Positions 25,501 through 37,085 of a stretch of 64,000 nt of DNA are shown here, in pieces. How positions within the stretch are numbered: the first letter of the stretch is position 1; every line of letters begins with the position of its first letter. The stretch is from Sminthopsis crassicaudata (Eukaryota): positions 108,739,148 through 108,803,147 of the forward strand of contig NC_133621.1 of NCBI RefSeq assembly GCF_048593235.1, read 5' to 3'. The notes under the pieces are model-generated. The model was not told the origin of the DNA and made no database searches. It worked only from the letters and a program-made list of their open reading frames with translations. A program made the position numbers and the translations under genes.

Positions 25501-25734
25501 GTCTTACTTCTCTGTATGTCAGTTAGCGTTTAAAAAACGCTTCATTTATTGATTCCTCTGGCAAGTTCCACTATCCTGGAACAACAGAATGTATCCGCTT
25601 TCTGAGGGCCTGCCTAATTATAGCGAGACTCATCACCAACTGGCTGGTGGCCATGTAATATTAAAATCTTGCGTGATGGTAACTTGTTATCAAATTTTCT
25701 TCTGGTAAGGTTTTGGTATCTTATATAAATTCCG

Positions 25735-26110
25735 TTCAATAAACATTTATTAAGTACTTACAACATGTCAGGCTAAGTTTTGGGAATAAAAAAAAAAAAA
25801 GACCAAAGAGAGCCCCTGCTCCCAAGCAGCTTACAATCCAATGGGGGAGCCAACATGAAAACGAAGACACAAACGCATCTATAAGTAAGTTGTATACAGA
25901 GCAAAGAAAAAATAATTAAAAGAGGGAAAGCCTTGGAGAGGAGAGGAAAGGTCTCATGTTGAAGGTGGGATTGTAGTTGGGACTTAAAGGACACAGAGAG
26001 GTCAGTGTCAGAGCAGAGCGAGAGAGTTCTAGGGATAGCCAGAGAAAATGCCCAGAGCCTCTCGCTAAGGGAGTCTTGCTCAAGGCATAGCTAAGAGGCC
26101 AATGTCACAC
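25735..26110 (-). mobile_element. L2 3' fragment
   Basis: tcaataaacatttattaagtacttac...cagcttacaatccaatggggga. Confidence 0.65.
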
Positions 26111-27304
26111 ACACGTATATATCACATATACACATACGTGTATGTCATATATTATGTGTATATATGTATATGTACGTATATAAGTGTTTCTATTTCCAGA
26201 CAGAAGGGTAGTGCATTGGATAAATCACTGAACTTAGAATCAAGAAGATTCTTCATGAATTCAAATCTAACCTCACATTCACTAGTTGTGGGACTCTGGG
26301 CAAGAAGAAAAGAGATATGTGGTAATTTTGTAAACCCAAAATTAATACTCATAGGCAATATGAATTCACATCAGTATTTCCAAGTTCAGTAGAGAAAAAC
26401 ATAGACACAGCACTCTAAATAAAGTCATTCAATTGTTCTTTTTGAGTTTAGTGTAAAGTTGACTTGAATATGGAGAAAACACAGACAGCGTTCCTGTCTT
26501 ATTAGCTTTAATGGCCTAAGCAGTCATTAATTATAGAGATGAAGCTTAAATGCCATCAATAGAGATTAAAGGCTCTACAGACTAAGACTAAGGCTCATAT
26601 GTAGATTCTGAGAATTTTCTAATGACAATCAGCACAATTAAGACTAAGACTCTGGGGCCTGCATGTGGGCTTAGAGATGTGGGGCTGTAACTGCCAGGAT
26701 GGCTTCTGAGACAAGACAAATTTAAACAGAGAAAGTAGAGAATCAGTAATAAAAAGGATAGGAGAAGTATACGCTGAGGTAGGTATCTAAGTATGCTCTG
26801 ATCTTATCTTACTTTATATCTCTGCTTCCAATGAGATCTTTATTTGTACAATGACTTAATCTAAATCACTTGGACAGAGTAACCTGTGATCATAACTGCA
26901 CCATCTTTCATTTTTAGCAACTGTGCACACTTGTCTGCTTAACTCTTTGTTCTAATTCCTGTGTTTATAACATTTATAGTGTGTATTATCTTAAAACCAT
27001 AAACGAAATCCTAAAACTATGAACAAAAAGTCCCTGAGATATTCTAAAGGACACGATTGGCAAAAAACAACCCACCCCAGTAATATAACATTTTATCCAT
27101 CCTTCAGCTTCACAAATTCAATTCAACAATTTTTTCTAACTCTACTAAGTGCAATGTACTGTGTTAAATTCTGGGGATCAGAACTAGGGAAGGGATGGTG
27201 GGTTTTTTTTTTTTGCAGAGAGATAAAATTTAGAAGATGGTAGGAGTACTCACACCCTTGCAGCATGGTAACAATTGACTTCCATCACCTGATCTTCAAC
27301 AATA

Positions 27305-27830
27305 ATAAGGGGATGCTCATCAGTTGGGGAATGGGTGAACAAGCTGTTGTACATAATTGTACCACTGGGCTATAAAAAAATGACTATCTCAGAAAAACCT
27401 GGGAAGACATAGGAACTCATCAAACTCAAGAACCAGTTAACAGCAATCGGGTAAAACTGATCAATTGCAAAAGACTTAAGATATTCTGATTGAGACAATG
27501 ATCCTAGACAATTCCAAAGGATCCATGATGAAAAATGCCATTTATCTCCAGAGAGAGTAACTCATAAACTCTAAATACAGATTAAATCATACTGTTAAAA
27601 GTTTTTAAAAATTTTTTATTATTTTATTGCTTTGTGTTTTTTTCTTTTGCACCTAACATAGCTAATATGGAAATATGTTTTATAAGACTTTATATGTATA
27701 ATTGATGTCAAGTTGCTTGCCTTCTTAAAGGGAGGGAAGGAGGAAGAGAGAAAGAATTCAAAATTTTTTAACAATGTTAAAAATTTATATTTAATTGGGA
27801 AATGTTAATGAAATAAAAATACTTTTAAAA
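27305..27830 (+). mobile_element. Older L1 3' fragment
   Basis: catcagttggggaatgggtgaacaagctg...agaaaaacctgggaagac...atctccagagagag...gcttgccttc. Confidence 0.75.
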
Positions 27831-30580
27831 ACTCAATGAAAGAATAATCTTCAATACACAGAATTTTGCTAAAAAGATCATTACAGATGGAACACAAATC
27901 CTTCTGCACGACTATTAGATAGCTATACAGTTGAACCCTTTTACAACACCTGTGTCAGGAGCCCAGTTACAACTTGTTTGCTGCAAAGCTTGTTTATCTA
28001 TCTGTTCTCTACAAAATAAACTTGAGAAAGATTCATTGCAAGTTGAAAATAATTTTTAAAAATAACTTTCTCATACATTTCTCTGGTCGCTTAACCTTGA
28101 TTCCTAGCCAAAGTTACAAGGTCCCCAGCAGTCTTACTGACCAACTGGCAGCAAACTTTCCTTTCCTAAAACCCCTACAGGAGTTTGAAACTTCAAGTCT
28201 CACTTCTATAAAACCAGAATGAGTTTTTTCTGTCTTATTTTTTTTTAACCTTTGAAAAGAAAACCCATCCTCCTTCTCACCAGGTTCTTAACCAACACGA
28301 AGTGAATTTTGTTCATGATTTAACACTTGCCATTTTGGCCTAACACTCTCCAACAAGAAATTAATCAAACATTAACAATTTCTATCAGAAACCAATCCAT
28401 AAGATTATTAAATGCCTACTATGTGACTGCCTCACTTTGGAGAGTTTAGTGAATATTTTTTTAACAGTAAACACAAATGTTTTCAACCCATCTATGATAG
28501 ACAAACAACTTTTATTTTTACTATATTTGTGGTTGCAGTTGCTACATTTCAGTAGAGATGTGTTTTGATTCATGTTATATCGGGACCTAAATAATAGAGA
28601 CATGTTACAGGTTATATTCTATTTTCTTTAACGAAAACACAGAAGCACCTTACATGACCACTGTACTTCCATAAAAGACATGGATATTACAAATATTGAG
28701 CCTTAGACATTTCCAGCAAATCTCATTTTGTAAATATACAGTTATAACAACATGAGTAATAAGTATGCTGGTGGTGAACAGAAAGAAAATTTTAGAATTA
28801 AAGATGGTTAGCTTTGGAAAGGATCTTGGAAACTGAAAGAACACATGATCATGGATTTACAGCTAAGGAGAGTAGCCAGGCTCTGTGAATTGCCCAGGTT
28901 AGCTAATGTCCAGACCAGCACTGGAATCCAGGTCTTTCTTCTGCAAAGACTAGGAATCTTTTACCTAGACCACATTGTGTCTTTCTCTGAATCCAAAGTC
29001 TCCATTTTACAGCTGAGGCTGTGGAAATCTTGGCAAGTTTTTCCTCAGTGCTCTGGGGCTCATCCTTGATAAATCCATGTATCCTGTGTTCAGTAAAGAT
29101 AACAGAATGTAATGATTCTAAGAATTGAGCAGGAGACAGCCAGGTTAATCAGAAACTACAATGGCCTCTTCTTGAGGCTAAGACATGACTTTTTCTCAAA
29201 CCAGCAGGGGATCCTCATGCCACATTTCTGCTTGGTACTTTCCACAAATATATATTTTGGGAGCAATTAATATAGTTCCCTTCTTTTTGCTCTTCTCAAA
29301 TTTCCAACCCTAACTTATCTCCCTTACAGGATAAGATTCCTCTTCCCTCAATACATGATGTCCTGATATTTCAAAATGGAAGTGTGAAATAAAATTAATT
29401 CACCCAGAGGGACATTTTCAGCTTCAGCAGAAACACATATGTACAACCTGCCATTATTTCTAGTTATTTCCGTCACCCATTGTTAATGAAGGTGACAGAG
29501 ACCCACAACTGTTATTGTTTTTTATAAAAAGATTTTCTCTTTTCATGGCAATCACCTTGAAAGCTTGCTTACTGTATCAGCTCCCTTAAATACTTTAAAA
29601 ATTCCAACTGGAGGTGTTTCTGTCACCTCCAAGGTTACAAAAAGCCAACAGAATTCTCCCACAGAACTAACCAAATTTAAGACTCTATAGCTTGACATAC
29701 CTATGTAGTCACCATGCTAACAGGGTTGCTGTCAACTCCCACCTTTCTCTCTCTCACTTTTCTGCAACACATTATCCTTTGCTCTCCATTTTCCTAAAGG
29801 CATAGTTTCAGGGGAATAGTAGCATCCTAGCAATTATACTTTTCAGACTCTGCTCCTCCTTGCGGTGTCATTTTCTCTTAGGGAAAATATGGTCGATTGG
29901 AATAGAACAACTTCATACTTTTTAACTAACTCAGGCCATACTAATGAGAAGATAGATTATCTGATATATTTACTAGCAAATGACAGGTGTTTTTCTCTCT
30001 GCTTCCAAGCAATAGATAACAATAGCTTAAACTAACAAAAGCTTATAAAAGTTTCCTGGAAACCCAAGATTTCAGATATTTACACTCTCTAATTTGCTGG
30101 ACCTCTGTTTGTTTTCTTTTACTCTAATCATTGGGATCAGTTTTCTCACTTGTTTAGTCTTCAAGATCCCTTTTAACTAACATTTTATGGAATCTTAGCT
30201 ACCTGCATAGTTTCTACTACCACCTTTATATGAGTGACCTTTATCTCTTCTGCTCTAGACCTGATATCTTTCCACTCTTGCTTACCACAAACTTCCACCT
30301 GGATTTCCCACCATCATCTCACACTTAACCCATCATTTCCCCTGACCTTGTCTTCCCCCCAAACATCCCAAAGAAAGAAGTGGCTTCCTCTTTGGATAGC
30401 TCTGTTTCTCAGTCATAATTCTTCTAATCATTCAAACTTGAAACAAGAGAAATCACCTTTACCTTTTTCCTACATCATTCCCCACTTGCCAACTTATCAA
30501 ACTTAAATCTCCTTTCATTTTGCTTCTTGCTTCCATTTTATTTCTGCCCTCACAATGGAAGAGACCAGTTTCACGGTATC

Positions 30581-30731
30581 TTTTTTTTTTTTTTTTTTTC
30601 CCCTGAGGCTGGGGTTAAGTGACTTGCCCAGGATCACACAGCTAGGAAGTGTTAAGTGTCTGAGACCAGATTTGAACTCGGGTCCTCCTGAATTCAGGGC
30701 TGGTACTCTATCCAATGCGCCACCTAGCTGC
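30581..30731 (-). mobile_element. WSINE1-type SINE, young copy, within L2 remnants
   Basis: T19 tail then ccctgaggctggggttaagtgacttgcccaggatcacacagctagg...gcgccacctagctgc; CpGs retained. Confidence 0.9.
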
Positions 30732-31677
30732 TTCTCCAAGCCATTTTTATACACTACTGTCTATTGTTCCTTCTACTTACAAGGCCCTATACTAGGGACT
30801 GGGAATAACAAGGCAAAAATGAAAATCAGTACCTCAAGGACTTGCCTTCAAGGGGTTTACAATCTACTTATATTATTCTTCTGCTTATAATGTCTAATAA
30901 ATTCTATCCAACTCTCTCCCCGCCTCCATACTCCCTGTCTCCTTAAGACTGAACCCATGATTTTTTGATATATGAGAATTCAAAGCAGGTCAACAGCTCC
31001 TCTGTAACTTGAGTCACAGAGAGTGACTTTTTTTCTAAGGCTGCATGTATTAGGTTTGGGATTTGAATTTAGATATTCCTGATTCTGAGGCTGGACTCTC
31101 ATGAAGCGAACTTGTTTCTCACAAATACCTTTCAATGCCTTTTGGAGTCTTGCTTCCTTGATCACATAAGCCTTACTTTCTCATCTGTAAAATGATAAAA
31201 ATGGCCTGCTCTTTCTACACCACAGAGTTGTTGTGAGATTCCTGTAAAATAACTAAGATATATGAAAATGCTTTAGCTCTAACCACGTGTAAATGAAGTC
31301 CATTTTATTGCTTGAAAGATAAAATCCAATCTCCTTAGACATATGTGTCAATGACCTCCAGAACATCACAGGCTTATTGGTAGCTCTTTTCTCTCTGTAT
31401 GGAAAGTGGTCCCTTCTCCTCTCTGTTGATCCAGTCTTTAGCCGTTTTTCAAGGCCAAGCTCCAGCTGCTTGATGATTCCTCCATGATGTACCTTCTAAC
31501 TATTCTAGCACAAAGATCTCTTCACTGAAGAACTCAAAGACCTCACAGCACTTACTGCCCTAGGCACTTAATTGCAGCTGTATAGCTGGGACTTTCCATA
31601 TGCATACTCTTATCTCCCCAGCTATAAGGATGATCTTACCTAAGATGTAATTGATAGTTTTTATTCTTCTCAGTTAC

Positions 31678-31918
31678 GGCGGCTAGGTGGCGCCACAGTG
31701 CACAGAGCACTGGGCCTGGAATCAGGAAGACTCATCTCCCGAGTTCAAAAGTGCCTCAGACAACTTATTAGTTGTGTCACTTCACCTGTCTGCCTCGTTT
31801 CCTCACCTGTAAAAGTGAGCTGGAGAAGGAAAGGGCAGACCTCTTCAGTATCTCCACCAAAAAACCCCAAATGAGGTCACAGAATGCTGAACACCACTAA
31901 AATGAATGAACAACAAAA
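31678..31918 (+). mobile_element. MAR1-type SINE
   Basis: ggcggctaggtggcgccacagtgcacagagcac...gagctggagaaggaaagggcagac...aaaccccaaatgaggtcac...aatgaacaacaa. Confidence 0.8.
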
Positions 31919-31940
31919 TTCCTCTGTTGTCCAATTTCTT

Positions 31941-33435
31941 TTTTTTTTTAAATTTCTTTTTTGTTAATTTTATAACTATAACATTTTTTGACAGTACATA
32001 TGCATAGGTAATTTTTTTTTTAACAACATTATCCCTTGTACTGCCTTGTGTTCTGAGTTTTTCCCCTCCTTCCCTCCACCCCCTCTCCCTTAGATGGCAG
32101 GCATTCCCATACATATTAAATATCTTATAGTATATCCTAGGTACAATATATATGTGCAGAACCGAATTTTGTTGTTGTTGTTGTTGTTGCAAAGGAAGAA
32201 TTGGATTTGGAAGGTAACAATAACCTGGGAAGAAAAACAAAAAATGCAAACAGTTCACACTCATTTCCCAGTGTTCCTTTTCTGGATGTAGCTGATTCTG
32301 TCCATCATTGGTCAATTGTGTAGCGAGCTGTCGTCTCCATAAGCTGCCGGATCGCTCTCTGGGAAGAGATCTGCTGTGTCTTCTACTCAAATCTCTCAGA
32401 CAGATTCTTCTTCCTGTAGTGAACCGTTGTCTCCAGGTAGTTGCTGTTAACTCTTGTCCTTAGAAGTGACTTCCCTTCCTGCAGAGAGCCCCGTCAAGCC
32501 TGATGCAATTCAGAGTCTTTCTCTTGAATCCTGGCTCTGAATCTCCTCCAGCTCTTATCCTTCTCCAGGCCGATCTGCTCTCTGGGCCCAGTGCTGTCTC
32601 TTTTATCCTCCCAGAGAATGGGCGTGGGATAATGCAAGGGCTTCTGGGAAGAACCACCCCAGCCAATGAGCTTGCCCCCTCTATCAAGTCAACCTGAGTT
32701 CTCACCTTGTAATTGTCCAGAAAACCTGAATTCTCACCTTGTCACTGTCCAGACAACCTGAGTTCTCACTTAGTAATCCTAACAAATTGGAACTGAATTA
32801 GCTCTTCTCTATGTTGAAGATATCCACTTCCATCAGAATACATCCTCATACAGTATCATTGTTGAAGTGTATAGTGATCTCCTGGTTCTGCTCCTTTCAC
32901 TCAGCATCAGTTGATGTAAGTCTCTCCAGGCCTCTCTGTATTCGTCCTGCTGGTCATTTCTTACAGAGCAATAATATTCCATAACCTTCATATACCATAA
33001 TTTACCCAACCATTCTCCAACTGATGGACATCCATTCATTTTCCAGTTTTTAGCTACAACAAAAAGGGCTGCCACAAACATTTTGGCACATATATGTCTC
33101 TTTCCGCTCTTTAGTATTTCCTTGGGATATAATCCCAATAACAGCAATGCTGGGTCAAAGGGTATGCACAGTTTGGTAACTTTTTGGGCATAGTTCCAGA
33201 TTGCTCTCCAGAATGGTTGGATTCTTTCACAACTCCACCAACAATGCATCAGTGTCCCAGTTTCCCCACATCCCCTCCAACATTCATCATTATTTGTTCC
33301 TGTCATCTTAGCCAATCTGACAGGTGTGTAGTGGTATCTCAGAGTTGTCTTAATTTGCATTTCTCTGATCAATAGTGATTTGGAACACTCTTTCATATGA
33401 GTGGATATAGTTTTAATTTCATCATCTGAAAATTG
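31941..33435 (-). mobile_element. Young 5'-truncated L1 (about 1.0 kb net) with an open ORF2 C-terminus, carrying a solo LTR in its 3'UTR
   Basis: Uninterrupted 187-aa frame 32833-33396 with CWRGCGETGTLMHCWWSC through to the stop. 16-bp TSD tgttgtccaatttctt (31925-31940) / tgttgaccaatttctt (33436-33451). T-rich tail. Confidence 0.97.
32319..32784 (-). mobile_element. Solo ERV LTR, 466 bp
   Basis: TG...CA termini and perfect 5-bp TSD aattg (32314-32318, 32785-32789) that restores the L1 sequence caattggaac. Minus strand shows 32-bp repeats, then ATTGG, ccacgccc and gataaaaga. Confidence 0.9.
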
Positions 33436-33514
33436 TGTTGACCAATTTCTTACCTTGAGAATCAGGCCTACTCAAATTTTTCCCTTCCACTTGTAAAGTT
33501 CAGAAATAATTAGT

Positions 33515-33740
33515 GGGCAGCCAGGTGAACTAGTGAATAGAGCACTGGGCCTTGGTTCAAATCCTGCCCCAGACACTGATTAGTTTTGTGAGCCTGGGCA
33601 AACCCTAACTTCTGTCTGCCTCAGGGGCCATCTTCAAAATGGTTATAATAACAGCCCCTACCTCCGAAGGCTATTGTTAGGATCAAATGAGATAATAATT
33701 ATGAAGTTCTAGTATATTCTACTAGGTGCTATTTAAATGA
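33515..33740 (+). mobile_element. MIR-family SINE
   Basis: gggcagccaggtg...ggttcaaatcctgcc...ctgcctcag...ttgttaggatcaaatgagataat. Confidence 0.7.
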
Positions 33741-35279
33741 AAGTGATTATGATTGTTGTTAAATATTGACAAATAAAGAGTACAAATAAAAGACAAGTCT
33801 ACTGAAATTAGAAGATTAAATCTATGCCTTTTTCTCACTGAAATTTACCATCTTACTTTGTTTTGAATTTCCCTTTGCAATATGTACATACTAAGCTCTC
33901 AATAAATATTTACTAAATTGAACTGGACTGCTAATGCTTATTCTCCTTCCACTGCTCCCGACTTTGAGAAGAAGACCTCTAGTCCTCTCTTCTTCCCTTC
34001 CCCCTCCAATTCTCTAGATGCTGCCCCTGGTTTTTCCCATGGACTCCTTCTTTTTACAAGGAAAGTCTGCCCTCGCGAGCTCTTACTTCTCCTCTCTGAC
34101 CTCACTTGGCCACACAGAGGAATGGAGTGGGATGGACAGGAAAGTATTTCTTGAGTGCTGGGAGCAAAATACTGGGGACACAAGTAGAAAATCCAGACGG
34201 CATGTTTTCAGGTAGCTTCCATTCTAATTAGGGGAGAGGACGGGCAAAGGAAGGCTCCCATTCATTAGAATCCATGGCAAGGCTGGGTGCTTTTATATCA
34301 GAACCAATGCAAAATAATCTAAGTCTCACTTCAAGAAGGAAAGCGGCTGCCTCCTTTTTCCATAGGCCATTAGAGAAGGAGGGAGGGAGGGAGGAGGAAG
34401 AGAGGCGGGCGCCATGACTTAACGGGATTCCTTTCCACAGCAACACAAATGGGCAGCTGCTGGTAGGGAACAGCGACAGGTCGGAGCGAAACCACCTATT
34501 TCCCGGGCAGGCACGTTTCCCTTCTGTCCAGTAGGTAGTTATCCGTCTCAGGCAGTTACCATTTCTGGGGCCGCGTCCCAGGAAGACACTGAACCGAGAT
34601 GGTGAGAAGTAAAACTCTTGCAACAGCAAAATAACATTCCTTCTAGGGGTTTAATTAATGTTAACCAGGAGGGATAGACAGACACCCTGAGAGGACACGA
34701 GAGGGGGCTGGGGCTGGGAATGACTGATTTACACCAAAAGTAATTACTTCTTATTTTTCATAAACATTTGAAACCTATTATTATTTTCTCCACAGCACAC
34801 ATCAGCAGAAGACTGTCACCTAAGGGAGAACTGGGAAAATGGCTCGTAATTAATTTCTGCTCAAATATATCAGCAAGCCTTTAATGCTTTGGATAAAAAT
34901 GCTCTCTAATCACTAGGGTTCCTCAACCTCTCCCTTCCCCCTCTGCCTCCTGACACCCCAAAATGTGTAATCAGCAACTCTGTGAAGCGTACCGCCTGAA
35001 GGAGAAGCACTTTTAATGCCTGGTGGAAAGTTCAGCGCATTGATTTCCCGTTCGCGCGCACCTCCCCGCCGGAGCACATCCAGAGAAAAGTCAATCAGCC
35101 CCGCATCCTTCCCTCCCCCACTCATTTTTCCCCTTCTTTTCCTCCATCCCTGCTTTAGGAAAATGGAAGCCCTACATTTCTCGGGAGGAATCCAAATATG
35201 GAGATGCCAGGCAGAGAAAATCATTACCGCCGCTACCCAAAGCCTGCATCTTTAAAGGTTAAAGCCCGCAGATTAAGAC

Positions 35280-35705
35280 TGCCTCCAGCAAAACCCGAAA
35301 TGGCTGCTCGGAATAAAACCTCTCCATCAATCGGAGCCGGCGGCCCAACAAAAGGAGCGCAGAGGGGCGGCAGCCTTGACATTTGCACGTGGGGGCGCCC
35401 GCTGCTTCGCTTTTTCCACTGCCGTTCGCCGCCGGGGAGGACAGTTCCGCGGCTCCCGGCCAGGTGCGGGCGGCGCTGCCCGCTCCCCGAGCACGCGCAG
35501 GGGCTGGCCGGCCCGGGGCTCGCCGCAGCGCTCCTTTCTGGCGCCGCTGGCGGCGGCTGCCCGCCTTTTCTCCCCGCCCTGGGTCCGGAGGCTGAGCTTC
35601 AGCATCCTCCTCTTCAGCTACACTAACTACTTGGGGAGCAAAGCCTAGTCAGTGAGAATCACGGCCATGGAATCGGGGAGGGGAGAGTCCGGGGCACTTC
35701 CGAAC
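35280..35705. promoter_or_regulatory. Intronic CpG island
   Basis: Hand count of about 32 CpG in 35341-35580 (240 bp) against a CpG-poor background. CACGTG at 35386-35391, CACTTCCG at 35695-35702, minus-strand TATAAAAA at 35714-35721. Confidence 0.85.
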
Positions 35706-35841
35706 AAAGCCTCTTTTTATAGCTGGCTTAGAAATCTAAGCTAGAGCTTTTCAGTTTGCAAAGTCCCCTCACAACAGTCCTGTGAGGTACAGGGATTTTA
35801 TCTCTCCTTTGCATACAAGGACCTGTGAAAAGTGATGTAAT

Positions 35842-36205
35842 TTCTTTTCTTTTCTTTTTATTTTTATTAAAGCTTTTTTATTTTCAAAACATATGAGTAA
35901 CATTGCAAAACCCTGTCCCCCAAATTTTTTCTCCCTTGCTCTCCCCAGCCCCTCCCCTAGGTGGCAAGTAATCCAATATATGTTAAAATGTGCAATTCTT
36001 CTATACATATTTCTGCAATTGTCATGCTGCACAAGAAATGAGAAAGAAAAGAAAAAGCAAGCAAACAACAAAAACACTATGTTGTGTTCCACACTCAGTC
36101 TCCACTGTCCACTCCGGGTGCAGATGGCACTCTCCATCACAAGTCTATTGGATCACTTCACTGTTGAAAAGAGCCACCTCCATCGGAGCTGATCATCATA
36201 TAATT
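35842..36205 (-). mobile_element. L1 3' end fragment
   Basis: T-rich tail, aagctttttattttcaaaacatatg...ggtgcagatggcactctccatcacaag...gttgaaaagagccacctccatc. Confidence 0.85.
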
Positions 36206-36894
36206 GTTTAAATACATGCTACGGTGTATGTTATTACGGTATTTCTACATTTTTGTATATTCTAAAGTTTGGACAATTATTGTATCAGAAATGCTGTTAG
36301 ACAGCAAGGTGATTCAGGCCAGCTCCATGGTCTTGTGATGAAGAGGGCCATCTATCCTATAATCTTGTTGCTGGGTACAATGTTCTCTTGTCTTACTCAC
36401 TAAGTGGTGTAATTTCTCAGGTAAGAAGTAGCAAAATCAGAATTCACACTCAGATCTTCTCATTTCACATTCATTATCCTTTCCCACACCTCACAGTACT
36501 CTTTAAGGTCTTTTCCAGAACAGTGCACAGAACACAAGATATACTGAAGAAATGCTTTTTTGATGGATACAACAATTGATCCATTGATTCTAGCCATTGG
36601 TATGCTTATAAATGTTTAACATTCAGCTTTCTGAAAGAAAAATGTCGCTGTGGCACACTTTTAAGTTCAATCTGCATCATTAGCTTTTTCTCCATCACTC
36701 TTGACAGTCAGCAACACAATAAATCAAGCTTGGAGTCGTAGCACTGCCTCCCAAGGTGTAAGTGATGAATGCTTCTTGGGAGCCACGTTTGAGCTGGCTC
36801 AGTCACCACCTTCATTCTACCTCTGACCTATCACTCTGATGAAGTCTGACATTACACAGACAGTGGTAGAGCCCAGTCATTGGGTATCTCTACA

Positions 36895-37085
36895 CAGGGG
36901 TTCTCAAACTACAGCCCGCGGGCCAGATGCGGGGGAGCTGAGGACGTTTATGCGGCCTGCCAGTTATGGCAGATGGGCTGAGGGGCAGAGACAGAGTGTG
37001 AGCTTATGTTTTTATTCCAGTCCGGCCCTGCAACAGTCTGAGGGACAGTGAACTGGCCCCTATTTTAAAAGTTTGAGGACCACTG
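36895..37085 (+). mobile_element. Complete non-autonomous hAT MITE, OposCharlie1 (OC1)-like, 191 bp
   Basis: TIRs CAGGGGTTCTCAAACT and AGTTTGAGGACCACTG; internal ggccc..caacagtctgagggacagtgaactggcccc. TSD degenerate. Confidence 0.85.

Noticed and set aside
25525-25541. Small hairpin AGCGTTT-AAA-AAACGCT
   Set aside because: A 7-bp stem is expected by chance; too short for a miRNA or snoRNA precursor.
31678-31760. tRNA-like A/B-box sequence here and at other SINE heads
   Set aside because: These are tRNA-derived SINE heads; they do not form a cloverleaf and continue into CORE sequence.
32691-32770. 32-bp direct repeats superficially like a CRISPR array
   Set aside because: The repeats are contiguous with no unique spacers, lie in an LTR U3, and the DNA is mammalian with no cas genes.
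32833-33396. 187-aa ORF with a Cys/His knuckle
   Set aside because: It is the L1 ORF2 C-terminus in a 5'-truncated insertion, with no promoter, EN or RT. Not a host gene.
35198-35648. Overlapping plus-strand ORFs (70-142 aa) in the CpG island
   Set aside because: Expected from stop-codon scarcity in GC-rich DNA; no recognisable domain.
33900-35720. CpG island as the promoter of LRGUK, the usual downstream neighbour of EXOC4
   Set aside because: No LRGUK-like first-exon, LRR or guanylate-kinase exons were recognised in 1-35700, and EXOC4 has not yet ended at this point.
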